Part shown: piece after piece, positions 1 to 8,961 of the stretch
Layout: each line of letters opens with the position of its first letter
Numbering within the stretch: the first letter of the stretch is position 1
Assembly: GCA_963700055.1 (NCBI GenBank)
Contig: CAVOWH010000004.1
Coordinates: 369,468 to 433,467, forward strand
Direction: 5' to 3'
DNA: 64,000 nt
Source: an uncultured delta proteobacterium
Lineage (GTDB): Bacteria > Desulfobacterota > Desulfobacteria > Desulfobacterales > SpSt-501
Program-made: the position numbers and the translations under genes
Notes under the pieces: generated by a model
Told to the model about the DNA's origin: nothing
What the model saw: the letters and a program-made list of their open reading frames with translations, nothing else
Databases searched by the model: none

Positions 1-335
1 AATAGATCGAAGGCAAACAAGAGAATCGATGCGATGGAAAGACGTTTTTAATGGTGAATAATGAAGACCTGACCCCATAACTTTTCCCAGGCGCTTTCGC
101 AGAGCAGCCGCAAGGCAACGGCTGCAACGGTGATGCGGCGTTTACACTTCATGAGCAGCCTTCGACGCTGGCACGTGAGTCATGGCGACACCGGCCCCCG
201 GCGGCCTTCAGTTGATTGCAAAAGGCCGTCCCGCTGCCCAATTTCAACGATGATGTCAATGCTTGATGCAGGCATTGACGCACTGAGGGATCTTGCCTAT
301 AAGTCACTCATGATCTGCCAATCAGCGAGGTTGAA

Positions 336-1172
336 ATGGAGAAGCTGATCATCACCGCCGCGGTTACCGGATCCCTGCCCACCAAGAAGAAAACCCCCCA
401 TGTGCCGATCCGCCCGGCTGAAATCGTGGAGGCCGGAGTGCGCTGTGAACAGGCCGGGGCGGCCGTTATCCACGTTCATGCCCGCAACCCGCAGGACGAG
501 TCTCCGTCCACGGATTTTCATATTTTCAAAGAAATCTATGAGGGGCTCAGGGCGCGCACGAACCTCATCACCCAGATCTCAACCGGCGGCCGGGCCGGCA
601 TGGCCTACGAGCAGCGGAGTGCTCGGCTCACGCTCAAGCCCGAGATGGCAAGTCTGACCACCGGATCGGTGAACTTTCCGGACGCGGTCTATGCCAACAG
701 CCCCGAGCTGATCGAACGCCTGGCGCGGGATATGAAGACGCACGGCATCAAACCGGAGATGGAGATCTTCGACGTCAGCATGATCCGCAATGCCGTGGAA
801 TTGGTCGAGAAGGGTCTGGCCGAGGCTCCCCTGCACTTCGATTTCGTGATGGGTCTCAAGGGCGCCATCCCCGCCACGATCGAAAACCTGGTACACCTTA
901 AAAACAGCATCCCGGCCGGGTCCACCTGGACCGTGGCCGGCATCGGGCCGGCCCAGCTGATCATGAACACCCACGCGATTCTGATGGGGGGGCACGTGCG
1001 CATCGGCCTGGAGGACAACATCTATTTCCACAAGGGCGAGCTCGCCCCGAACGAGCGCTTTGTCGAACGGATGGTGAGGCTGGCGGCCGAGTTCGGGCGT
1101 CCGGTGGCCACCCCGGACGAGGCGCGGCGGATCATGCACTTGAAAGAGGAGACAGGCAAAAGCAGGAAGTGA
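336..1172 (+). CDS. 3-keto-5-aminohexanoate cleavage enzyme family protein (BKACE / DUF849)
   Basis: 278-aa ORF. Motifs IITAAVTG, VIHVHARNP and GGHVRIGLEDN are typical of DUF849/BKACE TIM-barrel enzymes. Confidence 0.8.
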   Translation: MEKLIITAAVTGSLPTKKKTPHVPIRPAEIVEAGVRCEQAGAAVIHVHARNPQDESPSTDFHIFKEIYEGLRARTNLITQISTGGRAGMAYEQRSARLTLKPEMASLTTGSVNFPDAVYANSPELIERLARDMKTHGIKPEMEIFDVSMIRNAVELVEKGLAEAPLHFDFVMGLKGAIPATIENLVHLKNSIPAGSTWTVAGIGPAQLIMNTHAILMGGHVRIGLEDNIYFHKGELAPNERFVERMVRLAAEFGRPVATPDEARRIMHLKEETGKSRK

Positions 1173-1535
1173 GGATACAGGAGACTGCGTAATACCCACC
1201 CCCGATATCCCATGCGTTGCGCTCATCCCATATAATCGAAGTGTCATATTTTTGACTCGCTTTCCCGGTTGCCGGTAAATTCAAAAATAAATAAATCCAG
1301 ATAATTAAGGAAAAGCCCCTTCCTTGGTTCATTGGCCGGCTTACGGCCAATTTTACCGTCCGGCAGCTGGTTACGAAATCCGGAAAAATTGCTTTTATAA
1401 ACTATTTTAAATTGTTGTAGAAAAAAATCAGAACTGTGCCGTCTCTGAAGGCGTCCATTCAAAGAGCTATGGTATATTTATTGCTGCCTTACTGGATATG
1501 CCAAAAAAAATGATGTGTTGAGAGGACTCAGAACG

Positions 1536-1769
1536 ATGCACGAAGTGGATTTTTCATTCGGCTCCGGATACAACCACCATGAATGCGACTCGGTTACCGA
1601 CGGAGATTGGGTCATTTTTCGATGCCCTATCTGCGAAGACTATGAACGGAAAATCAACGTGGTCACCGGCGAAACCATCGCCAAGAACATCAGTTCCATC
1701 GTAAGTCATTCGGGGCGTCATTTACCCTCGCAGCATAGGGCCATGGGACTCAAAGCGGAATTAAACTAG
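1536..1769 (+). CDS. small Cys-rich hypothetical protein (zinc-ribbon-like, CPIC motif)
   Basis: ATG at 1536 is preceded by GAGAGGA. It lies in an AT-rich gap. I recognise no family. Confidence 0.3.
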   Translation: MHEVDFSFGSGYNHHECDSVTDGDWVIFRCPICEDYERKINVVTGETIAKNISSIVSHSGRHLPSQHRAMGLKAELN

Positions 1770-1849
1770 GAATTAGGCTGGGCCGAACCCCAACCCGGAG
1801 AAAACGGCCATAAATCGCAGCTCGATCAGCTGGGCGGCCGCAAGCGAAT

Positions 1850-2605
1850 TCAAGCGACATGGATCAGACTGCTGTTACGGCATGCGCTGCTCCAGTCGGC
1901 CTTTTTTGACTTTAAACTGAACTTGGCATCCGCTTCGAGGCGATAGGTGCCAGGAGGCAGAGGTTCTGAGTGAATGCATGCGGTTAAAACCTCCGTGCAG
2001 TCGATATCGCCTTCAATTTCACCCAACACCTCGCGGTTTCCACTTGCAAGTTTTTTCCGGCAAATGCGGACCTTGTATTTCAAATGCTCTCCCCGGGCGA
2101 CAAAACTCGTTGGTGGTTCGAAACACCATTGGAGCTGAAAAGGTTGCCCTTGCTGCAGTATTTCCGTGGGCCGGGCAGCGCCTGCCGGGATTACGCTGAA
2201 GCTTCGCGTCCGAATGTCCTTGGATGGGAAATCCTTTTCCTCTCTCTCTAAATCCTGAACAACGATCGATGGAAGTGGCTCCCTCTCCGAAGTTTTTACG
2301 ACACCCTTCTCCAGCCGGGACAGATATTTCTTAATAAATTGAGTGATCGCCGTCTGATCGAGGCCGGCGAACTCCGTTTGCTTATGGGTCAGGCGATGTG
2401 TGATTTTCCCCTGGATTTGCCCTTCCGCAAGTGAAAAATCGATGAGAAACGAAATGCGCGCAGTCGTATCCTCATCCGCGGCGAGCTGATGGTGGTCTTC
2501 AGAATTAAAGCTATCCGTGAAGCCGCCATTGCCTGGTTCTCTTTTTCGGTCCCGATCTTCCTCTATGCCGGATGTTTCTTTATGGCGCTTTTCATGGCTT
2601 TTCAT
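1850..2605 (-). CDS. hypothetical protein
   Basis: 251-aa ORF with a charged N-terminus and a C-terminal beta-rich region ending in LPPGTYRLEADAKF. No known family recognised. Confidence 0.5.
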   Translation of the reverse strand: MKSHEKRHKETSGIEEDRDRKREPGNGGFTDSFNSEDHHQLAADEDTTARISFLIDFSLAEGQIQGKITHRLTHKQTEFAGLDQTAITQFIKKYLSRLEKGVVKTSEREPLPSIVVQDLEREEKDFPSKDIRTRSFSVIPAGAARPTEILQQGQPFQLQWCFEPPTSFVARGEHLKYKVRICRKKLASGNREVLGEIEGDIDCTEVLTACIHSEPLPPGTYRLEADAKFSLKSKKADWSSACRNSSLIHVA

Positions 2606-2726
2606 GGGATCGCTCTCTAGTTTCTGAGAATGGCGGAGTCCATGGATATTTCCATGGGCCCCGCGCTCTCTTCAGGGTGTTTTCCCTGTGCTTGAATTAC
2701 GGCTCGGAATCATTCCTTAACCGCCA

Positions 2727-3191
2727 TCAGGGATTGTAGATTTCGATCATGGGCCCCTCCGCGAACCCGACGACATGGAACGGGAACCCCCCGCTGCCAC
2801 CTCCACGCGGCGACATTTTCACGACGCACGTGATGCGGTATGTTCCAGGCGTTAGACTCATCGCCGGCACCGTGAAACTGGTCTGCGGGGCATCGTAGGT
2901 GTAATTTCCGACAAGGCAGGATACCGCCGGCGGGGACCCGCTCCACTCCGAACCCGGACCGATGCTTTCTGCGAAGTAGCTCACGTTGTACTCAAATACC
3001 GGCAGGCCACCAACGACCAAGTCGTTTAGCCCTTTTCCAAACACATAATCAATGACGAATCTTGCGCTCAGCACAAAGGAACCCGTGCGTGGAATGATCG
3101 TCCTTGGAGCGAGCGATGGGGGTGGTTCAGAAACGGTTAACCCAGTGACGTCGAATGTGATCCATGGTACAGCTTGTGGTTGTCCGCTCAT
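2727..3191 (-). CDS. hypothetical protein (beta-sandwich-like)
   Basis: ATG at 3191 has GGGAGG 8 nt upstream. It contains LTPGTYRITCVVKM, resembling the C-terminus of the neighbouring ORF. Confidence 0.5.
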   Translation of the reverse strand: MSGQPQAVPWITFDVTGLTVSEPPPSLAPRTIIPRTGSFVLSARFVIDYVFGKGLNDLVVGGLPVFEYNVSYFAESIGPGSEWSGSPPAVSCLVGNYTYDAPQTSFTVPAMSLTPGTYRITCVVKMSPRGGGSGGFPFHVVGFAEGPMIEIYNP

Positions 3192-3399
3192 ACGATACCT
3201 CCCTTGCATGTGACTCTAATCAGAACGGGCTCGCATCCGTATAAAACGGGTCCCAATTAGCAATCGGTTTGATGAAGTTTGACGAACCTGACAGTAACAT
3301 AATTATGCGTAATTATATGACACTTATAATAAAATTATTTATAGATTATTTATTAATTAAATTTTTCTGGGGGTCCAATCGTATCTTTTGGGGTACTAC

Positions 3400-4833
3400 T
3401 CAAGCAGTGTCCGGATCGGGAATTCTACACAGAGAGGATGCATCGGATTTAATTTTTTTATACAGCTCGAGCGTGGCGACGGATGGTTCGACATCCAATT
3501 CAGCCCGTAAAGCCTGCGCACATTTGCGATAGGCCTTCAACGCCCGGTCACGGCGTCCGACACATTGGTAACAGCACATCAACCGCCGGTATATTTCCTC
3601 ACGGCAGTTGTCTTTTTCCAGAATGGCTTTGCAAATGCTAATAGCTTCTGAAAAGCGGCCTAATTGAAATCGGTTTTCACTGATTTTTTCGAGAGTGACC
3701 ATGAAAATTTCTTTCAAGTTTTCTCTTTCGAGAGTGGACCAATCTTCATAAGGTTCATCCGACAAAAAATCGTCGTGGTAGATGGCGGCTATCTGATCGT
3801 AGAATTCCGCAGCTGCGCTGAGTCCAGTTCTGCGTTCGATGCTCTGGGCTTTCCGCCAGAGGACCTGGAGCTCCCACACATCGCTCCAAATTTCTATTTC
3901 CGGATTGATGGAATAGCATTCGTCCTTGAAGACAATGTATTCTCTTGATGGGTCAAGTTGCTGAAACCGTTTTCTCAAACCGTGAATGGCGACGTTTAAG
4001 CTGTTGCGCGCGGATTCAGGTATCGATTTGGGCCAAAAAACATCAATCAGGACATCGCGATAAATGGGTTTATTGGAGTGATAGGAAATGTAAGCAAAAA
4101 TAGATTTACCCTTTTTGCTGGGCCATTCATCAACCATTCGGTCATTGATCATGGTCTGAAAACGTCCCAAGAAAAAGACGCACATCCATGCTGCATCTCG
4201 TCGCTTGCGGGTATGATCTGTATCATTCCAGGTCGCCCGCTCTACCTTTGAGGAGGCATTCGTGAGGGAATCAGTCGAGGCAGAAGCGTCTGGCTCTGCT
4301 TCGCTTATCGAAGAACCCCTTTCGGGGTCAGCCGGAAATCCAACCTTGATATAGCCCTGGCTGCTCGACCGAAGCTGCAACCAAAGATTTTTCAGATTGA
4401 ACCGGGGGGCAAGTGCCGGCGGATTGTCGGATATTCGCTTGGTTCCCATCAGCGAAACAATTCTCTCCGTGATATCCAGCAACTCTTCCGGGTCAGTTCG
4501 ATCGGTAACGATATCCCGGGCCCCGGCCCTAAAGGCTGACAGAATAAGATCGGCAGTAGGCTTTTTAACACAGTAGATCACCGGAATGGAGGGATAGTCT
4601 GATTTAAGAGTGCGAATGAGCGAAATACTGCGGTGGCTATCCGATGTCTGTCCAACAAAGACCAAGGCGACCGGAAAACAAGTGATGATCCGTCGAGACA
4701 AGAATTCGTTCTGAGTAAAAACAAGTTGATACTGCGAACTCAACACGTCACGCAAGCTTTTACCGAAGGTGTCATCTGGATCCACCATTAGAATTATGGT
4801 GACATTAGAGGGAGTTGAAGAGAAAGGATCCAT
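3400..4833 (-). CDS. SARP/BTAD-family transcriptional regulator with N-terminal receiver-like domain
   Basis: N-terminal CheY-like fold (ILMVDPDD...). Central winged-helix signature VFWPKSIPESARNSLNVAIHGLRKRF. C-terminal BTAD/TPR-like region (YEDWSTLERENL...RALKAYRKCAQALRAELDVEPS). Confidence 0.75.
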   Translation of the reverse strand: MDPFSSTPSNVTIILMVDPDDTFGKSLRDVLSSQYQLVFTQNEFLSRRIITCFPVALVFVGQTSDSHRSISLIRTLKSDYPSIPVIYCVKKPTADLILSAFRAGARDIVTDRTDPEELLDITERIVSLMGTKRISDNPPALAPRFNLKNLWLQLRSSSQGYIKVGFPADPERGSSISEAEPDASASTDSLTNASSKVERATWNDTDHTRKRRDAAWMCVFFLGRFQTMINDRMVDEWPSKKGKSIFAYISYHSNKPIYRDVLIDVFWPKSIPESARNSLNVAIHGLRKRFQQLDPSREYIVFKDECYSINPEIEIWSDVWELQVLWRKAQSIERRTGLSAAAEFYDQIAAIYHDDFLSDEPYEDWSTLERENLKEIFMVTLEKISENRFQLGRFSEAISICKAILEKDNCREEIYRRLMCCYQCVGRRDRALKAYRKCAQALRAELDVEPSVATLELYKKIKSDASSLCRIPDPDTA

Positions 4834-5526
4834 AACGTTAACCGTTTGAAGCCTTCATTCGCAACATGGCCAAGAAACAGGCACGGATTTCATGAGCCTG
4901 CTTTTCTCTAAGTTGGCGACAGTCGCACCTTGGAAAATTGGAGGAGAAGGAGAAGGAGAATAGAAAGAATGCTTATTTCATCCGTATTGAACGAAATGAA
5001 TCTCTGGACATCAGGCGTTCACCGACCATGCGCTGCTCAATTGGCTGTCGCTCAATCATACTCCCTCCTAAAAAAGGGCCCTTGGAGCGGACTGCTGACG
5101 TCCTTCGGTAAATCGAATTGCTCAAACGCTAAGTATTGTCGCAAATCGTGTAACGCTTCAGGTTTAGGCTTGGTTTAAGACGGGGAGGTGAGGACGTTAC
5201 GGTGAATTCTTGGCAACCCTGTGCGACACCTCCGAAACCGTAAAATGGAGGAAAGACCTCCGCTCGATTCCGAAGGTTTTCCTCGTCGACGCCTGCGAGG
5301 TTAGCTGAAGGGCTAGGGCCGAAGAGGTTACCCCTTGCCGTCTGGCGATTCGCCCCAAAAACTTGGGTCCCCCGCTCCCGGCGGGCGGCCGGGATTAAGC
5401 GATGCCACCTTTTTAGTCTACTCGTTGATTTTTGTCAAGCAGCTTTGAGAATCTGGGCGTGGTTGAGATTAGTTGCCAATCAGATCCGCAACGCGGCCGA
5501 TTGCAGCGGGCGAGCGCGTTCAAACG

Positions 5527-5958
5527 TCATGTGCCGGTTGGCAACATCAGCTGATAATATTGAACCAGCCGGTGGCCCAAAATCCCGGCCAGTTTCTTGT
5601 AAAAAACTAAGCCGCTCTCGGGGTGGTTCTGCAGAAGGGTTTCAAGCTTTTTTCCTTCCAGCTTCGAGCAACGCGTCGGCTCCATGCATTCTGCAGCGGC
5701 CGAATAGTAGTTGCGGTCCACCAGGCTCGACCACCCGAAAGCCTCCCCGGCCCGGTCGACCGTATAGACTTCTTTAAGCGGCTCGCCGATGGATAAACGG
5801 ACTTTTCCTTCGATCAGCGTATAGAAATAATCGGCTGGGTCGCCTTCGCGAAAAACCACGTCTCCTTTCTCAAAGTGCACGCTGGTGCTGATTCCCATGA
5901 ATTCCCGCACAAACAGCATGTCCATTCCCCACAAGAGGTCGGCCTGATCGATCAGCAT
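5527..5958 (-). CDS. cyclic nucleotide-binding domain protein (stand-alone)
   Basis: 143 aa. FEKGDVVFREGDPADYFYTLIEGKVRL and the later GE.FGWSSL are typical of a cNMP-binding beta-barrel. Confidence 0.8.
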   Translation of the reverse strand: MLIDQADLLWGMDMLFVREFMGISTSVHFEKGDVVFREGDPADYFYTLIEGKVRLSIGEPLKEVYTVDRAGEAFGWSSLVDRNYYSAAAECMEPTRCSKLEGKKLETLLQNHPESGLVFYKKLAGILGHRLVQYYQLMLPTGT

Positions 5959-5973
5959 GGTAGTGCCTCCTTA

Positions 5974-7833
5974 TTATTTTAGTTCGAAAGGAATTGTCAG
6001 ATGATACACCCCGCTTTCGAGGTGCGCCTGCACGGGCAATTCCCCTTTATGGAACACGTTCATCATTGCCACATTGTTGAAGAGCACATCCGCCGCAAAT
6101 CCCTTAATACCCCTTTCCCGCGCCAAACGGATGAGCATTGTATAAAGGTAGGTGGCGATGCCTCTGCCGTGATAGTGTTCATCCACCACAAAGACCAATT
6201 CGGCCAGCCCGCTTCCAGGGGTTCGCAGGTAGCGGCCTTCGGCGATGAGGCGGCCTTTGCCTTCCTCGCCCACCAGACCGACAATGGACATGTCCTTGCT
6301 CCAGTCCACATTCACATATTCCTGCATCTTGGCATGGGGCATGCTCCTTATAGAATGAAAGTAGCGCGAATAGTTGTTTTCGTCCGAAAATCGGTAGAAC
6401 AGGTGGCGCATACCCTCCTCGTCGGAGGGTTTGATGGGCCGGAAGCGAACCGTCAGATTTTCTTTGAAAATTTGCGTGGTGCTGATTTCCATGGGATAGA
6501 GCCGAGCGCTTCCCTCCAGAAAAATCTGGTCGGGATAAAGTATTTTGCGGGCTTTGGCTTCCCGCACCAGCCAGGCCCGGTCATCGGGGTGCGCGATCTC
6601 GATCAGCGCCTGGGCGCGTTCGCGTACGGTGCGGCCTTCCAAGTAGGCGACGCCATGCTCCGTAACTACCGTGCTGACCGCTTCGAACAGACCGAACTGG
6701 TTCGGCAAATCGGCGATGGTCGGCCGGATGTTGGAATGCCCCTTGAGATCGCGGCTGGTCAGCGCAAAGACGGAACGCCCTTTTTCAGACAGGGCCGAGC
6801 CGGCGAAAAAATCAACGATCTCGGAAGGCCCGGTCGCCACGTTGCCCTTGCCCACATGCAGCCCCACCCGTCCGTACAAGTCGATCCTGCGGGCCGCGAT
6901 GACGGTCACGAACTGGCGATTGCGTCCGATGATCAGCGGGTTGAACACCTTGTCGATGCGCTGGAACTCGACCAAGGGGTTTTGGTCGAGCCATGCAAAA
7001 AGCTCCGGCGTGCCGAAGGCGTAGGAGGTGAGGGATTTGCCCCGGTAGCTTTCCTTGCGGCGGTTGCTGACGGCACCGGCCTGGATCAGTTCCATCAAGG
7101 GGTCGGTAAAGAAAGGGGAGTGGATGCCGAGGTGCTTCTTGGTTTTCAAGTGACGGCCCAAGGCCTCGTAGAGCGGCCCGATGGAAAAGGCGATGCAGCT
7201 GCCGTCTTCGATCAAGGCGGCGGTATTCTGCGCCACGCGATCCAGGGCCTCGTCTACGGCCCAGCGCTCGAAATACAAGGGGTCGTCTTCCGCCAGGACC
7301 AGATGGTCAAATTCCGAGAGGGGGATAAACGTGTCGCCGAAGGTCCGCGGAATTTTAGGATTGACCTCCCCGACCGTGACGGATGCCTTCTCCATGGCCT
7401 CCCAGGCCACATCCACGGCCACTCCCAGGCTGCAGTAACCGGCTTCGTTCGGAGGGGTGACCTGAATGATCGCCATGTCCAACGGTATTTGCCCGGATGA
7501 AATCAGTTCGGCGATCTTCTGAAATCGGCTGGGTACAAGGTCGACCTGGCCGTTTTCAATGGCTCTGTCCGCCGCCCATCCCGTGAAAAAGGTTTTCAAC
7601 CGAAAGTTCTGAGACTTGAGGGCCTCCAGTGAGATCGCATCGCCGAAACTGACCAGCTGGATCAATTCGAGGTCTTCCAGGTTTTTCTCCCGCGAGCGCA
7701 TAATGTGCCGAACCATGGTGCGCGGTTCGGCCACTCCCGTGCTCAAAAAAATGCTCATCCCGGGCTTGATTTTTTTAAGCACGACACCGGGAGAAACGGT
7801 CAATGAGCTCAAATGGGGCGCGTTGGTTTTCAT
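5974..7833 (-). CDS. acetyl-CoA hydrolase/transferase family domain fused to C-terminal GNAT acetyltransferase
   Basis: 619 aa. The N-terminal ~450 aa are acetyl-CoA hydrolase/transferase-like. The C-terminus carries the GNAT core (VFVVDEHYHGRGIATYLYTMLIRLARERGIKGF). Confidence 0.85.
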   Translation of the reverse strand: MKTNAPHLSSLTVSPGVVLKKIKPGMSIFLSTGVAEPRTMVRHIMRSREKNLEDLELIQLVSFGDAISLEALKSQNFRLKTFFTGWAADRAIENGQVDLVPSRFQKIAELISSGQIPLDMAIIQVTPPNEAGYCSLGVAVDVAWEAMEKASVTVGEVNPKIPRTFGDTFIPLSEFDHLVLAEDDPLYFERWAVDEALDRVAQNTAALIEDGSCIAFSIGPLYEALGRHLKTKKHLGIHSPFFTDPLMELIQAGAVSNRRKESYRGKSLTSYAFGTPELFAWLDQNPLVEFQRIDKVFNPLIIGRNRQFVTVIAARRIDLYGRVGLHVGKGNVATGPSEIVDFFAGSALSEKGRSVFALTSRDLKGHSNIRPTIADLPNQFGLFEAVSTVVTEHGVAYLEGRTVRERAQALIEIAHPDDRAWLVREAKARKILYPDQIFLEGSARLYPMEISTTQIFKENLTVRFRPIKPSDEEGMRHLFYRFSDENNYSRYFHSIRSMPHAKMQEYVNVDWSKDMSIVGLVGEEGKGRLIAEGRYLRTPGSGLAELVFVVDEHYHGRGIATYLYTMLIRLARERGIKGFAADVLFNNVAMMNVFHKGELPVQAHLESGVYHLTIPFELK

Positions 7834-8159
7834 GGGGCATTGTCCGGTGCGTCACCCACACAAACCATGGTCGTCTCGGCAATGAAAGCGCTGCGATGCC
7901 GGAAACAAGGTCAGATCGAGAATGAGGTGGAGGGCCGCTGAGCGAAAGAAAATCGATATCAGGTCCGGCAGAGCGGAGGGTGTGCGGCTTTCATTCGAAA
8001 ATATACATCCTTCGGCTTCGAAAAATCAAATCAATTCGAAGGCCTTAAAAAATCTCTGCCAAACGAACAAAGCGATCGAGCGGCTAGAGCAGGCCTAGTT
8101 GTCTGAGCTTCGCCTCCGACGGCACGCCTTCCCGGCTCCAGCCCCGCAGCGCGGTTGCG

Positions 8160-8345
8160 GTCGTTCATGATGACGGCGAAAAGCACGCGTTTCTCTCCGG
8201 CGGGATCGACCTCGTTGCGCCGGTAATAGATCCCGAAACCCCAGGCTCCGATGTAATTTCTGGCCACCGTGGGGTCAAGGGTCTCCGCCTTGATTTTACC
8301 GCTGCTCCAATCGCCCCTCAGAATCTTGCCGAACCAGCCATGCAT
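8160..8345 (-). pseudogene. remnant of the aldehyde:ferredoxin oxidoreductase (AOR family) N-terminus
   Basis: MHGWFGKILRGDWSSGKIKAETLDPTVARNYIGAWGFGIYY..EVDP follows the canonical AOR N-terminal pattern (M.G..GK.LRV.LS.G.I..E). Similarity stops after about 60 aa. Confidence 0.4.
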
Positions 8346-8961
8346 GTCCCGCCTCCTGTTGAAAACGTTTAATCCACTATCAGGATGTGGCGCCAAAGAA
8401 AAGGTTGATAAAAAGGATGCGCCAAGACCAATCACCTGACATCGGTCTTGAGTTCTGTCGAGGCATGTCCGAATAAGGGGAGGCGGCTGCTTGGGATCGG
8501 AAGTCAAGTAGAACGATATCCGCACTGTTCTGGAAATCGATTGGTTTATGATTTATTGACCAACTCCAGAAAAGATCAACAGAATCTCAGAGGTTCTATA
8601 AATCGCAGTCATTTATTGCTTGATTCGGATTGCCATTTCGTTTGGGTATCACTCACTCTAATATTGTAGATAAGTAAGATCGTATGCTGTCACAACCACA
8701 TCGTCGTTGTAATTCGATTTTGCGGTGATATTCTCAACGTCCGGCTTTCTTAGTTCTCTCCTTTATTTCCCTTCTTTTAGTCCAAAAATCTCATTGTAGC
8801 GTACCGACCTGATAGAAAAACAGGCAGCTGTTTTTGAGATGGCCGAGAGGGCAAGGTCCGGTCGAAGGCGCGGCATGTTTTCGCTACGGGGGGATGGCTG
8901 GTCAGAAAACGGGAACATGTGGTAGCTCCGGGGTGCCGAATCCCAACAATGGAGGTTGCCC

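Noticed and set aside
2111-2128. A tRNA T-arm-like sequence TGGTG-GTTCGAAA-CACCA.
   Set aside because: The loop is 8 nt rather than 7. No acceptor, D or anticodon arms can be built around it, and it lies inside a coding ORF. A second GGTTCGAA near 55087 also lacks a complementary stem.
4925-4965. Purine-rich microrepeats (GGAGAA)n at 4935-4960 and (GTGAA)x3 at 39819-39833 might be a CRISPR or tandem-repeat array.
   Set aside because: There are only three short units, with no spacers and no repeat-spacer periodicity. No CRISPR array exists anywhere in the window.
5179-5342. Resemblance of GGAGGAAAGACCUCC to the RNase P GGAAAGUCC core, and of GGTGAATTCTTGGCAACCC to the cobalamin-riboswitch GGUGxxAAxUCC region.
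   Set aside because: The flanking conserved elements are absent (GGGCUC... for RNase P; the B12 box GCCACUG and ACUGU for the riboswitch), and the size and context do not fit. I kept it only as an unclassified structured region.
8031-8525. The 164-aa ORF might be a real gene.
   Set aside because: Only the middle ~60 aa resemble anything (an AOR N-terminus). The upstream 60 codons and the tail are low-complexity, so I treat it as a pseudogene stub.
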